Counted from the stretch's first letter, positions 24,700 through 37,213 are shown. The stretch: DNA of 64,000 nt from Squalus acanthias (GCA_030390025.1 CM059432.1:148306001-148370000), one strand, 5' to 3'. Made by a program: numbers and translations. The notes: a model not told the origin generated them from the letters alone.

Positions 24700-25140
24700 A
24701 AATAAAGAAAGAAAGACTTACATTTCTCCCCCGCCTTTCACCACCTCAGGACGTCCCAAAGCGTTTTACAGCCAATGAAATACTTCCTGAAGTGTAGTCA
24801 CTGTTGTAATGTAGGAAACACGGCAGACAATTAGCGCACAGTAAGCTCCCGCAGGCAGCAATGTGTTAATGACCAGATAATCTGTTTTAGTGAGGGATAA
24901 ATATCGACCAGGACACCGGGGATAACTCCCCTGCTCTTCTTCAAAATAGTGCCATGGGATCTTTTACGTCCACCTGAGTGAGCAAACGGGGCCTCGGTTT
25001 AACGTCTCATCCGAAAGTGGGCACCTCCGACAGCACTGCACTAGAGTATCAGCCTAGATTTTTGTGCTCAAGTCCCTGGAGTGGGACTAGAACCCAAAAC
25101 CTTCTGACTCAGAAGCGAGCGTGCTACCCACTGAGCCACA
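24700..25140 (-). mobile_element. DeuSINE-like SINE inserted into H2
   Basis: Homologous to 36305-36762. It is absent at the equivalent site of the sister copy (aaactaatcccc at ~50192). Confidence 0.85.
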
Positions 25141-25144
25141 ATCA

Positions 25145-28100
25145 CCCTTGTGCATTCCCTTAATGCCCGTCTTTTGTGTGCCTTTTCCTACTCTAGTGCT
25201 GCTACGATGTGCTCCCCCAGTGGCTGCAGCATGGCTGGTGGAAGGCTGCTGACTTTCAGTGGGGGAGACTGCAGATGGCCTTGGAGGATGACCTCGAGCA
25301 GCTCCAGCCCTAGAAGGCCCGGCTGTAGACTGCTCCACCTCGGCATGGGCGGCAGCAGTCTGGGCTGGCTGGCTGACAGGCAACAGCAAGGGCACTGGCG
25401 GAGTGGCAGTGGTGGGAGTACGAATGCTGTCATCCTGTGGGAGGACAGCAGGTTCTTGCTCCACGGAACCACGGCCACTCCCCCGGGGCGACGCCTCAGC
25501 AATCCTAGCCATCTATTGGAGGATAGATTGCTGGAGAGCTGTGAGACCCTGCAAGCCCCTTTCCACACTCATAAACCCAGTGACGATGGCCGCAGTCTGA
25601 GCTTGCGTGGCAGCAAGCTGAGACTACAGGAGAGTGGTCTGCACTTCCACTGCAGCACTGAGACATTGGGTCATTTCCACCTGTGCTGCAATGGGAGCTC
25701 CGAGATCGCCCCTCACACCCAGCATCATGGTTGGGTTCACAAGTTCTCGAGTGGAGTTACCCATCATATCCATCCTGGAAATCATAGGCTCCAAGCTCCA
25801 TGTAAAGCCCCGTGCAGTGTTGAAACCGGACCCCGCTGCGCTCCTTGACACTGACAAGAGGCTCTCTAGCAGGCTTGCCATTACACCAATCATTTCTGTG
25901 TGCATGACCATCACCCTTCTTCTAAAGGCCACTCCATCGAGGTCATCATCTGAGTTCTGTACAGCAGAACTCTTGCTCGAACTCACCCTCTGTGGAGCTG
26001 GCACCCGCGCTACCCTTTCCCCCTGGCCAGGCTGCAGCCCACTCATGCCCGGTGACTCACCACGTGCAGATCCCACCTCTTTACTACCCTCTAAAGTAGG
26101 CGCAGTGCCATTTTCTGAGCTGGTGTCAGCGAGTGTCAGTTGCACTGCCACTGTGTCTTCTTCTTCTCCTCCATCACTCTCCTTCTCCATCACTTCAGGG
26201 ACAGGCTGGGCTGCTGGCAGTTCTTGCGCATCTGAAAGCTGAAAGGCACAGGGTCGGGTTGTGGTGAGGGGAGGGGGAGGAAAAGCAAGATATCCATGCA
26301 TACACCATCAGCAGCTTGTAAGTGAGAAGTGATTGCGGGATGAGGGGGAAGTGGGATGTGAGAAGAAGGATTAGGTATAACCATACCATCATCATCAGCA
26401 ATGCTTTCCACTTCTCCGCTCACCACGGACTCTGTCACTGCCCCTCCAATAATAGCGAACACTGCTTCCTCCAGGTCCATCAGGTTCTTGATTCTTCCTT
26501 ACCATGGTGCTCCCAGCGGTTGTGCATCACCTTGGCCTGCAAGAAAAAGGAAGTGTGTCAGTGAGTGTGGTGCAATGTGTTTGGGTGAAGTGTGTCAGTG
26601 AGTGTGGTGCAATGTGTTTGGGTGAAGTGTGTCAGTGACTGTGGTGCAATGTGTTTGGGTGAAGTGTGTCAGTGAGTGTGGTGCAATGTGTTTGGGTGAA
26701 GTGTGTCAGTGAGTGTGGTGCAATGTGTTGGGGTGAATTGTGTGTGTCAGTGAGTGTGGTGCAATGTGTTTGGGTGAAGTGTGTCAGTGAGTGTGGTGCA
26801 ATGTGTTTGGGTGATGTGTGTCAGTGAGTGTGCTGCAATGTGTTTGGGTGAAGTGTGTCAGTGAGTGTGGTGCAATGTGTTTGGGTGAAGTGAGTCAGTG
26901 AGTGTGGTGCAATGTGTTTGGGTGATGTGTGTGTCAGTGAGTGTGGTGCAATGTGTTTGGGTGAAGTGTGTCAGTGAGTGTGGTGCAATGTGTTTGGGTG
27001 AAGTGTGTCAGTGAGTGTGGTGCAATGTGTTTGGGTGAAGTGTGTCAGTGAGTGTGGTGCAATGTGTTTGGGTGAAGTGTGTCAGTGAGTGTGGTGCAAT
27101 GTGTTTGGGTGAAATGTGTCAGTGAGTGTGGTGCAATGTGTTTGGGTGATGTGTATGTCAGTGAGTGTGGTGCAATGTGTTTGGGTGATGTGTGTGTCAG
27201 TGAGTGTGGTGCAATGTGTTTGGGTGAAGTGTGTGTCAGTGAGTGTGGTGCAATGTGTTTGGGTGAAGTGTGTCAGTGAGTGTGGTGCAATGTGTTTGGG
27301 TGAAGTGTGTGTCAGTGAGTGTGGTGCAATGTGTTTGGGTGATGTGTGTGTCAGTGAGTGTGGTGCAATGTGTTTGGGTGATGTGTGTGTCAGTGAGTGT
27401 GGTGCAATGTGTTTGGGTGAAGTGTGTCAGTGAGTGTGGTGCAATGTGTTTGGGTGATGTGTGTGACAGTGAGTGTGGTGCAATGTGTTTGGATGAAGTG
27501 TGTCAGTGAGTGTGGTGCAATGTGTTTGGGTGAAGTGTGTCAGTGAGTGTGGTGCAATGTGTTTGGGTGAAGTGTGTCAGTGACTGTGGTGCAATGTGTT
27601 TGGGTGATGTGTGTGTCAGTGAATGTGGTGCAATGTGTTTGGGTGAAGTGTGTCAGTGAGTGTGGTGCAATGTGTTTGGGTGAAGTGTGTCAGTGACTGT
27701 GGTGCAATGTGTTTGGGTGATGTGTGTGTCAGTGAATGTGGTGCAATGTGTTTGGGTGATGTGTGTGTCAGTGAGTGTGGTGCAATGTGTTTGGGTGATG
27801 TGTGTCAGTGAGTGTGGTGCAATGTGTTTGGGTGAAGTGTGTGTCAGTGAGTGTGGTGCAATGTGTTTGGGTGATGTGTGTCAGTGAGTGTGGTGCAATG
27901 TGTTTGGGTGATGTGTGTGTCAGTGAGTGTGGTGCAATGTGTTTGGGTGAAGTGTGTCAGTGAGTGTGGTGCAATGTGTTTGGGTGATGTGTGTCAGTGA
28001 GTGTGGTGCAATGTGTTTGGGTGAAGTGTGTGTCAGTGAGTGTGGTGCAATGTGTTTGGGTGATGTGTGTCAGTGAGTGTGGTGCAATGTGTTTGGGTGA

Positions 28101-30781
28101 AGTGTGTGTCAGTGAGTGTGGTGCAATGTGTTTGGGTGAAGTGTGTCAGTGAGTGTGGTGCAATGTGTTTGGGTGATGTGTGTGTCAGTGAGTGTGGTGC
28201 AATGTGTTTGGGTGATGTGTGTGTCAGTGAGTGTGGTGCAATGTGTTTGGGTGATGTGTGTGTCAGTGAGTGTGGTGCAATGTGTTTGAGTGAAGTGTGT
28301 CAGTGAGTGTGGTGCAATGTGTTTCGGTGATGTGTGTCAGTGAGTGTGGTGCAATGTGTTTGGGTGATGCGTGTCAGTGAGTGTGGTGCAATGTGTTTGG
28401 GTGAAGTGTGTCAGTGAGTGTGGTGCAATGTGTTTGGGTGAAGTGTGTCAGTGAGTGTGGTGCAATGTGTTTGGGTGATGTGTGTGTCAGTGAGTGTGGT
28501 GCAATGTGTTTGGGTGAAGTGTGTCAGTGAGTGTGGTGCAATGTGTTTGGGTGATGTGTGTGTCAGTGAGTGTGGTGCAATGTGTTTGGGTGAAGTGTGT
28601 GTCAGTGAGTGTGGTGCAATGTGTTTGGGTGATGTGTGTCAGTGAGTGTGGTGCAATGCGTTTGGGTGAAGTGTGTGTCAGTGAGTGTGGTGCAATGTGT
28701 TTGGGTGATGTGTGTGTCAGTGAGTGTGGTGCAATGTGTTTGGGTGATGTGTGTGTCAGTGAGTGTGGTGCAATGTGTTTGGGTGATGTGTGTCAGTGAG
28801 TGTGGTGCAATGTGTTTGGGTGAAGTGTGTCAGTGAGTGTGGTGCAATGTGTTTGGGTGATGTGTGTGTCAGTGAGTGTGGTGCAATGTGTTTGGGTGAT
28901 GTGAGTCAGTGAGTGTGGTGCAATGTGTTTGGGTGAAGTGTGTCAGTGAGTGTGGTGCAATGTGTTTGGGTGAAATGTGTCAGTGAGTGTGGTGCAATGT
29001 GTTTGGGTGATGTGTGTTAGTGAGTGTGGTGCAATGTGTTTGGGTGAAATGTGTCAGTGAGTGTGGTGCAATGTGTTTGGGTGAAGTGTGTCAGTGAGTG
29101 TGGTGCAAACTTTTTGGGTGAAGTGTGTCAGTGAGTGTGGTGCAATGTGTTTGGGTGAAGTGTGTGTCAGTGAGTGTGGTGCAATGTGTTTGGGTGAAGT
29201 GTGTCAGTGAGTGTGTTGCAATGTGTTTGGGTGAAGTGTGTGTCAGTGAGTGTGGTGCAATGTGTTTGAGTGATGTGTGTCAGTGAGTGTGGTGCAATGT
29301 GTTTGGGTGATGTGTGTGTCAGTGAGTGTGGTGCAATGTGTTTGGGTGAAGTGTGTCAGTGTGTGTGGTGCAATGTGTTTGGGTGATGTGTGTGTCAGTG
29401 ACTGTGGTGCAATGTGTTTGGGTGATGAGTGTGTCAGTGAGTGTGGTGCAATGTGTTTGGGTGATGTGTGTCAGTGACTGTTGTGCAATGTGTTTGGGTG
29501 ATGTGTGTGTCAGTGAGTGTGGTGCAATGTGTTTGGGTGATGTGTGTCAGTGAGTGTGGTGCAATGTGTTTGGGTGAAGTATGTCAGTGAGTGTGGTGCA
29601 ATGTGTTTGGGTGATGTTTGTCAGTGAGTGTGGTGCAATGTGTTTGGGTGATGTGTGTGTCAGTGAGTGTGGTGCAATGTGTTTGGGTGATGTGTGTGTC
29701 AGTGAGTGTGGTGCAATTTGTTTGGGTGAAGTGTTTCAGTGAGTGTGGTGCAATATTTTTTCATGATGTGTGTGTCAGTGAGTGTGGTGCAATATGTTTG
29801 GGTGAAGTGTGTCAGTGAGTGTGGTGCAATGTGTTTGGGTGATGTGTGTGTCAGTGAGTGTGGTGCAATGTGTTTGGGTGATGTGTGTGTCAGTGAGTGT
29901 GGTGCAATGTGTTTGGGTGAAGTGTGTCAGTGAGTGTGGTGCAATGTGTTTGGGTGATGTGTGAGTCAGTGAGTGTGGTGCAATGTGTTTGGGTGAAGTG
30001 TGTCAGTGAGTGTGGTGCAATGTGTTTGGGTGATGTTTGTCAGTGAGTGTGGTGCAATGTGTTTGGGTGATGTGTGTGTCAGTGAGTGTGGTGCAATGTG
30101 TTTGGGTGAAGTGTTTCAGTGAGTGTGGTGCAATATTTTTTCATGATGTGTGTGTCAGTGAGTGTGGTGCAATATGTTTGGGTGAAGTGTGTCAGTGAGT
30201 GTGGTGCAAGGTGTTTGGGTGATGTGTGTGTCAGTGAGTGTGGTGCAATGTGTTTGGGTGATGTGTGTGTCAGTGAGTGTGGTGCAATGTGTTTGGGTGA
30301 AGTGTGTCAGTGAGTGTGGTGCAATGTGTTTGGGTGATGTGCCTGCAATGGTTGAATAGCCAGTAGTGTGTGCAAGGTGTGAGATGTGGGTGTGAGTCTT
30401 GCAGCAGCGGTAAGTGTGTGAGGGTGAGGTGAAGCTGTGATTGTGAGGTATAAGTGACGATAGCTAGAGATTGTTGGTAGGTGAGTGATGGGGTTGTGGT
30501 GCATTGAGCAGTGTGTGAGGCTTGTGGTTCAGGTGGTGGGATATGGCATTTGATGATGCATTCACTCACCTTGACCACTTGTGTGAGGTCATTAAACTTT
30601 TGTGCGGCACTGAATACAGGGAGGGCCTGGAGACAACGCTCGTCGCAGTGACGGCTTGAGCAATCTCCTCCCACAGCCTTCTGGTGTTCAGCCTTGAAGG
30701 CCTCCTGCCCGTGGGTGGAGGACCTAATGGCGTCTTTGGACCCCCAGGACTTTTTGTCCTTTCCCTTGGCTGTTGGGCCAT
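25145..30781 (-). pseudogene. Myb/SANT-like gene of H2; exons ~30781-30570, 26536-26387, 26231-~25145
   Basis: MAQQPRER..LWEEIAQAVTATSVVSR..KFNDLTQVVK followed by gtgagt; exon 2 begins AKVMHNR; exon 3 is homologous to H1 exon 3 (VLPQDDSI..AAAHAEVEQSTAGPSR). Frameshifted. Confidence 0.8.
26552..30340. repeat. Minisatellite, about 100 units of 37/39 bp (GTGT[GT]GTCAGTGAGTGTGGTGCAATGTGTTTGGGTGA[A/T])
   Basis: Read directly. A period of 37 bp was measured between the first units, with a +GT variant of 39 bp. Confidence 0.98.
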
Positions 30782-32300
30782 GGCTCTCTCCACAAAGACA
30801 ATGAGATGCTTCTGCAACAAAGCACCTCCCCTTTAAGTGCAGAGAGCCTCGGACAAACTTTATTGGGCTATAGACTGAACCCGATATTGGCCCCCCTCTA
30901 GAGTGCTAAGCCAATCAGCAGCGCGTTTAGTGCCGAGATCAGTGCTGCAATCATGTAAATGAGGAGGCAGCATGAATTTTGTGTGCTGCCTGCATCACTT
31001 TGAACGGGCGCAGGCAAATGGCACTGGCCGATGCCCCCCTCCCATTTCTGGGCCTTATCCAATTTCTAGGCCAGACACTCTTTATTAGAGAAAACTTCAT
31101 CCCAAAATCCACCTGCTCAACAAGAGAGAAGGCTTGGGTGGAGATTGCTGGTAGAAGTCGTGTCCTCTTTGAGATCATTAGAACATGGGTTAACTGTTCG
31201 CTTTGTATCAATGACAGACAAAAGCATGAGTAACAGGAGATACCAGCAGGCAAATGTCTATGAGAGAAACCCGAGGACCAAGCAGCCAACATTCCTCTTC
31301 CTTCCATCTGACAATCTTTCCTTACTGCTCCCGACTATCTATACTTACACTGACGCAGTGGCCTCTGAGTGATAGGATGGAAGCTGCCAAAGAGGAAGTT
31401 ACCAAAGAGATAAGCCATTAATCATATTATCTGCTTTTACTTCACTGAGACAGCAGTCTATTTTAAGGAAAATCTGATGAATTCTAATCAGCTAATTCAC
31501 AATTACATGCAGGAACCTGATGTATACTTCACACAAGTTAATAGAGACTTTTCCTGATGGAATGGCTGACACAGTCTGAGATGGAATTTCCATCAAAAAG
31601 CCAAGGAAAATAAGGATAAATTCAGTGCTCCCAGCAGGGAGCCACACTGAGAGGGAGCACCAGGTTGGAGAATCAGCTCCATCTATGAGACTCACTCCCT
31701 CCATGCTAGGAATCCTGAATTTACCCCAAAATTCATTTAACTAAACCACTGCACACTAACAAAATACCGGTAACCATGCAACCAGAGCACACTTTGATTT
31801 TTTAACATGGGAATATTAATGTAATATTTGTTAAAAAAAATCCAATATTACACCACAGATGCCTGATGGAAGGGCAGCGCCCTATGTGCCTATTTCAGTT
31901 CCCCTATCATCAACTGAGGAGGAACACAAGCCAAGAGTAGAAAAGCAGAAGGAAATCAGAGCTGATGCCTGCCTTCTCCTTGAAGACATGGACTAAAGAA
32001 CACAGCCAAATCAAATCATTGATGGAGCACGGCCACAGGGAGGAAGCCAAAGTAAAACCAACCCCACCTCATCAGTAGGATCACAAAGACACCCTTCATT
32101 CAATATTCCTCAGTAACTACACCAGGGGCTGGATAGAATTTAATCAAGAAATAAGGAAACAAAGAATGGAAACTAGCCCATACCCTCATTAACACCTGTC
32201 TGCAATCAATAACAAAGTTAATGCCTTAAAAGATAATTAGGGCAAGCACACTGATTAACATAATATCGCCAACATGGAACTGGAAATTAACAGTAACATA

Positions 32301-33020
32301 GGGCTGGATTTTCTCAGCCCTGAGGAGGCGGGTATGGAGGCGGGACTGCCGGTATAGTTGCAGAATTTGGGGGCGGGTGGCAAACAGGCAGAAAATAGGA
32401 TTAGCCCCATTTTTCGCTCCGAGGTGCGGGCTTCCCGACCTCGGGGAACCCTGCCAGGGTGTAGGAGACGAGTAGGAGGTCTGCGGGGGTCGGAGGGGTC
32501 TGAAAGTGTGATGTAGAGGTGAGTGATGGGTGCAAGTGTGGAGTGGTAAGTATGTAAGGTGAGTGTAAAGTGTTAGAAAATGTTAACTTACCTTTGTTTC
32601 TGCCAACAGCCTTCAGCTGCTGTGGAGCCGGAGTCCCGACATCTCCATTGTAGATTTCACAGACTGGCTGTTGGATCCTCCGAACCAACAGCCAGGTGAT
32701 TTCTGCAAAGTTGAAAGGTTTGATGAGTCCTGGACACAAAGCCTCATCAAACTACACAGAATGTCAGTGTTTGACAGCTTCACAGAGCTGTCAAACGATG
32801 ACATTTCTTCTTTCAAAAGTTCCTGACAGATGGTACGTCATACGTTGACATGCTCTGTCACTGACTTCCCCCTAATTGGCCTGCTGAGCCCACTGGGCGG
32901 GCTTAACAGGTCAATCAGGGGAAAATCCTGCTGGTTGGCCAGAAGCTGATGGAGGCGGGATTGAAAGCAGGCAAGCAGCAGTCCCGCCTCCAAAAGCTTC
33001 CCATTGAGAAAATCCAGCCC
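32301..33020. mobile_element. Harbinger-type MITE (720 bp), ATA TSD
   Basis: ATA|GGGCTGGATTTTCTC ... GAGAAAATCCAGCCC|ATA, a perfect 15-bp TIR. Confidence 0.9.
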
Positions 33021-33257
33021 ATAACTGCTATTGGTCAAGTTTAACTAATGAGTGACCAGTCCCCTGTATCCACCTGAAAGCCTACCTATAAGTCCATGGG
33101 AATTTGTTTATGAAAACAAATGGCAAAAACCTTCCCTACTGAACATGGTCGTAAGGCTAATCCCAGCCAGTTCAGCCATGACCCATGCAGCAGCAGCAGG
33201 ATTGCAGGATATTTCCTCTGCAGCATGATCTGATTTGGATGCTCTGCCCCCCTTTCA

Positions 33258-33716
33258 ACAGTGCTCGCTGACCTACATTGGCTCCCGGTTAAGCAGCGCC
33301 TCGATTTCAAAATTCTCATCCTTGTTTTCAAATCCCTCCGTGGCCTCGCCCCTCCCTATCTCTGTAATCTCCTTCAGCCCCACAATCCCCCCGAGATATC
33401 TGCGCTCCTCTAATTCTGCCCTCTTGAGCATCCCTGATTATAATCGCTCCACCATTGGTGGCCGTGCCTTCTGTTGCCTAGGCCCTAAGCTCTGGAATTC
33501 CCTGCCTAAACCTGTCCACCTCGCTACCTCTCTTTCCTCCTTTAAGACGCTCCTTAAAACCTACCTCTTTGACCAAGCTTTTGGTCACCTGCCCTAATTT
33601 ATCCTTATGTGGCTCGGTGTCAAATTTTTTTGTCTTAAAATACTCCTGTGCAGCGCCTTGGGACGTTTTACTACGTTAAAGGTGCTATATAAATACAAGT
33701 TGTAGTTGTTGTTGTT
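33258..33716 (+). mobile_element. L2 LINE 3' fragment
   Basis: Near-identical to 53632-54075 and ends with ggtgctatataaatacaag(ttg)n. Confidence 0.9.
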
Positions 33717-34544
33717 TTCCCTCCCTTTAAAACCAGTTGACATTACCTGCTCCAAATCAGAAAGTGAAAAATACACAGGTGTTTCACTGACACGTCACCG
33801 TATCAGTGTATTCAGAGGTGGCGACAGCAGAGGTTTAGCACTGGGCAAAGTCCGAAGAAGAAATGCAGGCATCGTCACCAGAGCAAACTAAAAATTAAAA
33901 AATATGTTTATTTTGCCAAAAAATTTCACTTTCACTTGTTTACCGATATAGTAAAAAATGTTCATGGAGAAGATTATTTCTTTATTTGTTCTTGGGGTCT
34001 GAGCAACGTAGCAAGGCCGTATTAATCGCCCATCCCAAGTTGCCCTGAGATAGGGCGCCGGGCCTTATCCTTGATCTGGACAAGTGAAATGCGACACCTT
34101 GAACACTGAACCGGAATTTACACATAAGGTGCTGATCACGTATGAATACAATGGACGCGAATGTCCTTTGGGTTTTTAACTTATTTCCTGATATTACTTA
34201 TAAACAGAGGGGAGTAAATACGTGGAAAACTCTTCACCAATGTCCATTCTTCAACAGATGCATTGTGACATGACATATTTGCTGTATAATTAATTTCACC
34301 TCTAGAGGGCAGGATTGGCTGAGTTAAGAGAAGTGGACATTTACGTTGCACCTCAAAGTGATGAAGATTGATTAGCAGCTCAGGTTTGTCACTGGTTACA
34401 GTTCTGATCTTCCTCAGACATGCTGTGAAATCCTACATATAAATCCCATAATCTTCCGCATGTCAATAATTAGAGTTCAGAAATTGGGAAATAAAATACT
34501 GCATCAAAATTTAGCAAAAAAATATGAATGAAGCTACAGAATGA

Positions 34545-35450
34545 AAGAACTTGTATTCATGGAGTGCCCCCAGGACATAGGGTCATAACGGCACAGAAGG
34601 AGGCCAATCGGCCCATCGAGTCCGTGCCGGCTCTCTGTAGAGCAATCCAGTCAGTCCCATTCCCCCGCTCTATCCCCGTAGCCCTGCAAGTTTATTTCCC
34701 TCAAGTGCCTGTCCAGTCTCCCCTTGAAAACATCTCAAAGCACTTTACAACCAATGGATTACTTTTGAAGTGCAGTCACTGTCGTTATGTAGGCAAACAC
34801 AGCTGTCAGTTCACATACAACAATATCCCTCTCACAACAAATGACCGGTCAATCTGTTATTCACCGTGTGTGTTGAGGGGTAAGTATTGGACAGGAAGCT
34901 CCCCTGCTCTTCTTCGAATATTGCCATGGGATCTTTTACATGCACCTGAACAGGCAGATGGGGCCTTAGTTTAACATCTCATCTACACAACGGCACCTCT
35001 GACAGTGCACTGAAGTGCCAGCCTAGATTATGTGCTCAAGACTCTGTAAGGTGTTTGGTTTCCTCGTCCTTACGAGGGTTCTTTGACTCTGGGTTTTACA
35101 GGAACAAATTGGTAGACGACACAAAGGTTTAGGTTCAACCCAAAACTGTTAGTTTATTAAAACCAACAAAACACGGACAAAAACCTGTTGAGATTTGACT
35201 GAAACTGACAATCACCCATCCGGCCGGTCGTTACCGTTGTGGATTGTGGGCCTGGATCGGAGATGACCTGTCCCCGTCCTCCTTTATCTGACTGCAGCTG
35301 CCTACACAGCGCAAACCCCTTGTAGAGTCAACTGATACTTACAATCACCCGTCCAGCTGGTCGTGGCCGACGTCGATTGCAGGCTGGGAGCTGGAGATGA
35401 CCGTCTTCCCTTCCTTCTTACACCTGGCAGTTGCTGTAGTCAGAGCTAGC

Positions 35451-35488
<38 letters not shown>

Positions 35489-36142
35489 CCCAGAGAGAGC
35501 TTCCGAGCGAAAAAAGAGAGAGCTGTGGGTGTGGTTCCTTCTTATAGTTCTTTTAGTCACCTGGCCCCATGCTGGGCCTCCCCCAAACAGTTTCGGTTGT
35601 CGGTTTGCTGAACTGTCCGACATTCACACCTCGTCAACCTGTAATTCAATCACCGGAGGTATACAGAGCTGTGAGATCGAAGATAACTCCTTATCTCCTC
35701 TCCCGCTCTCTGTAACGCATATTCAATGTGATTTCTATTACTGTTGATTGGCGGTTGGCTGATTGTCTGCTTGGGACTAGTGTGCCTTCCATTCATGTCA
35801 GGAAGTCGATCGTGACCTCCATTGTTTCAGTTAAACTCAGAGCATTGTCCAGATGTTAATTTTTCCCATCGAAACCAATCATGATTCAAGGCCTCACAGT
35901 TCAATGTCAATGTCCTTTTCAGAGTTAATCATGAGTCAAAGCTTTCATTGTCCAGTATCAATGTGTTCTCCAAGAACTGCAGACTTAGATGACTGGCACC
36001 TTTTCTGTGCCTTGAAGTTTAACCGTTTCATGCCCTTACCACTGGGCCAAACAGGCTTTCAGCATTTTGCTATTGTACCGGGTTTTTTGAAATCTACATC
36101 TCTGGAGTAAGGCTTGAACCCACAGCATTTTTTGGACTCAGA
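34545..36142 (-). mobile_element. DeuSINE-like SINE interrupted by a CR1 tail (~34574-34732) and a solo LTR
   Basis: The SINE motif gtgctcaag-tctc-tggagt is split at 35044/36099. Confidence 0.7.
35045..36098 (-). mobile_element. Solo LTR (1054 bp)
   Basis: TGTAAG...TCTACA termini with 4-bp flanks ACTC/TCTC, cleanly interrupting a SINE. The minus strand has TATAAGAA (~35540-35547), (CT)n and AATAAA (~35153-35158). Confidence 0.75.
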
Positions 36143-36304
36143 GAAGGAAAATATGGTGTGTGTCTAAATTAAAAATGCTGCATATAGTTACATTCTTATA
36201 AAAGCAGTTGATGCTGATGAGGTAAAGTATCAAAATCATGCTGCCAGCCATCCAGGTTTATCTTTGATGCTGGGAACCAGAGTCAGAATTGCAGTAGCTA
36301 TTAA

Positions 36305-36762
36305 GGAAGAAGACTTGCATTTCTATAGCGCCTTTCACGACCACCGGACATCTCAAAGCGCTTTACAGCCAATGAAGTGCTTTTTGAAGTGTGGTCACTG
36401 TTGTAATGTGGGAAATGCAGCAGCCAATTTGCACACAGCAAGCTCCCACAAACAGCAATGTGATAATGACCGGATAATCTGTTTTTGCTATGTTGGTTGA
36501 GGGATAAATATTGACTAGGATACCGGGTAGAACTCCCCTGCTTTTCTTCGAAATAGTGCCGCGGGATCTTTTACATCCACCTGAGAGAGCTTCAGTTTAA
36601 TGTCTAATCCAAAAGACAGCACCTCCGACAGTGCAGCACTCCCTCAGCACTGCACTGGAATGTTAGCCTAGCTTTATGTGCTCAAGTCTCTGGAGTGGGT
36701 CTTGAACCCACAACCTTCTGACTCAGAGAGCGAGTGTGCTACCCACTGAGCCACAGCTGACA
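36305..36762 (-). mobile_element. Full-length DeuSINE/SacSINE1-like SINE
   Basis: Minus strand: tgtggctcagtgggtagcac (A box), gggttcaagaccc (B box), Deu-like core and L2-type tail. Confidence 0.85.
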
Positions 36763-37176
36763 CTTAAATCCTTGGGGTAGATTTTCCAGCCTGCACGATT
36801 GGTTCTGCCAGCTCATAATGTATATGTGAGGGTGGGAATTGGGCAGGGAATCCCCTTGACGGAATCCCACCAGATTGACAGCAGCCAGCCTTTCAGGACA
36901 ACTGAAAGTTTTCTGACACCAAATGCAATTTAACGCAGACAAGTGTGAAGTGATGCATTTGTTTTTGTATTCAATGGCCCTATTTACAAAGCCAAGTATC
37001 CCATACGCTTTCTTAATCGCCTTATCAACTTGCCCTGTCACCTTCAAATATTTGTGAATATGCCCCCAGGTCGCTCTGCTCTTGCACCCCCTCAAAACAT
37101 TACCATTTAGATTATAACAACAGAAAACGCTGGAAAAACTCAGCAGGCCAGGCAGCATCCGTGGAGAGAGAAAGAG

Positions 37177-37213
37177 AGTTAACGTTTCAGGTCGATGACC
37201 TTTCGTCAGAACT
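37177..37213 (-). ncRNA. Minimal hammerhead ribozyme motif, copy 1
   Basis: Minus strand agtt-CTGACGA-a-AGGTC atc GACCT-GAAAC-GTT-aact. Confidence 0.8.

Larger units (their letters stand above)
22615..31072. mobile_element. PIF/Harbinger transposon H2, degenerate, expanded by SINE insertions and a minisatellite
   Basis: Convergent transposase (+) and Myb-like (-) pseudogenes. The ends GGCCGCAACATT and AATTTCTAGGCC are only weakly complementary, so boundaries are approximate. Confidence 0.8.

Noticed and set aside
26552..30340. CRISPR array, or Cys/Val-rich proteins from the many ORFs in the 37-bp repeat
   Set aside because: The units are head-to-tail with no unique spacers and there are no cas genes in this eukaryotic context. 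The ORFs are translations of the repeat.
33747..33887. Selenocysteine-containing exon (single in-frame TGA)
   Set aside because: There is no recognisable selenoprotein motif or SECIS, and the exon itself is unverified.
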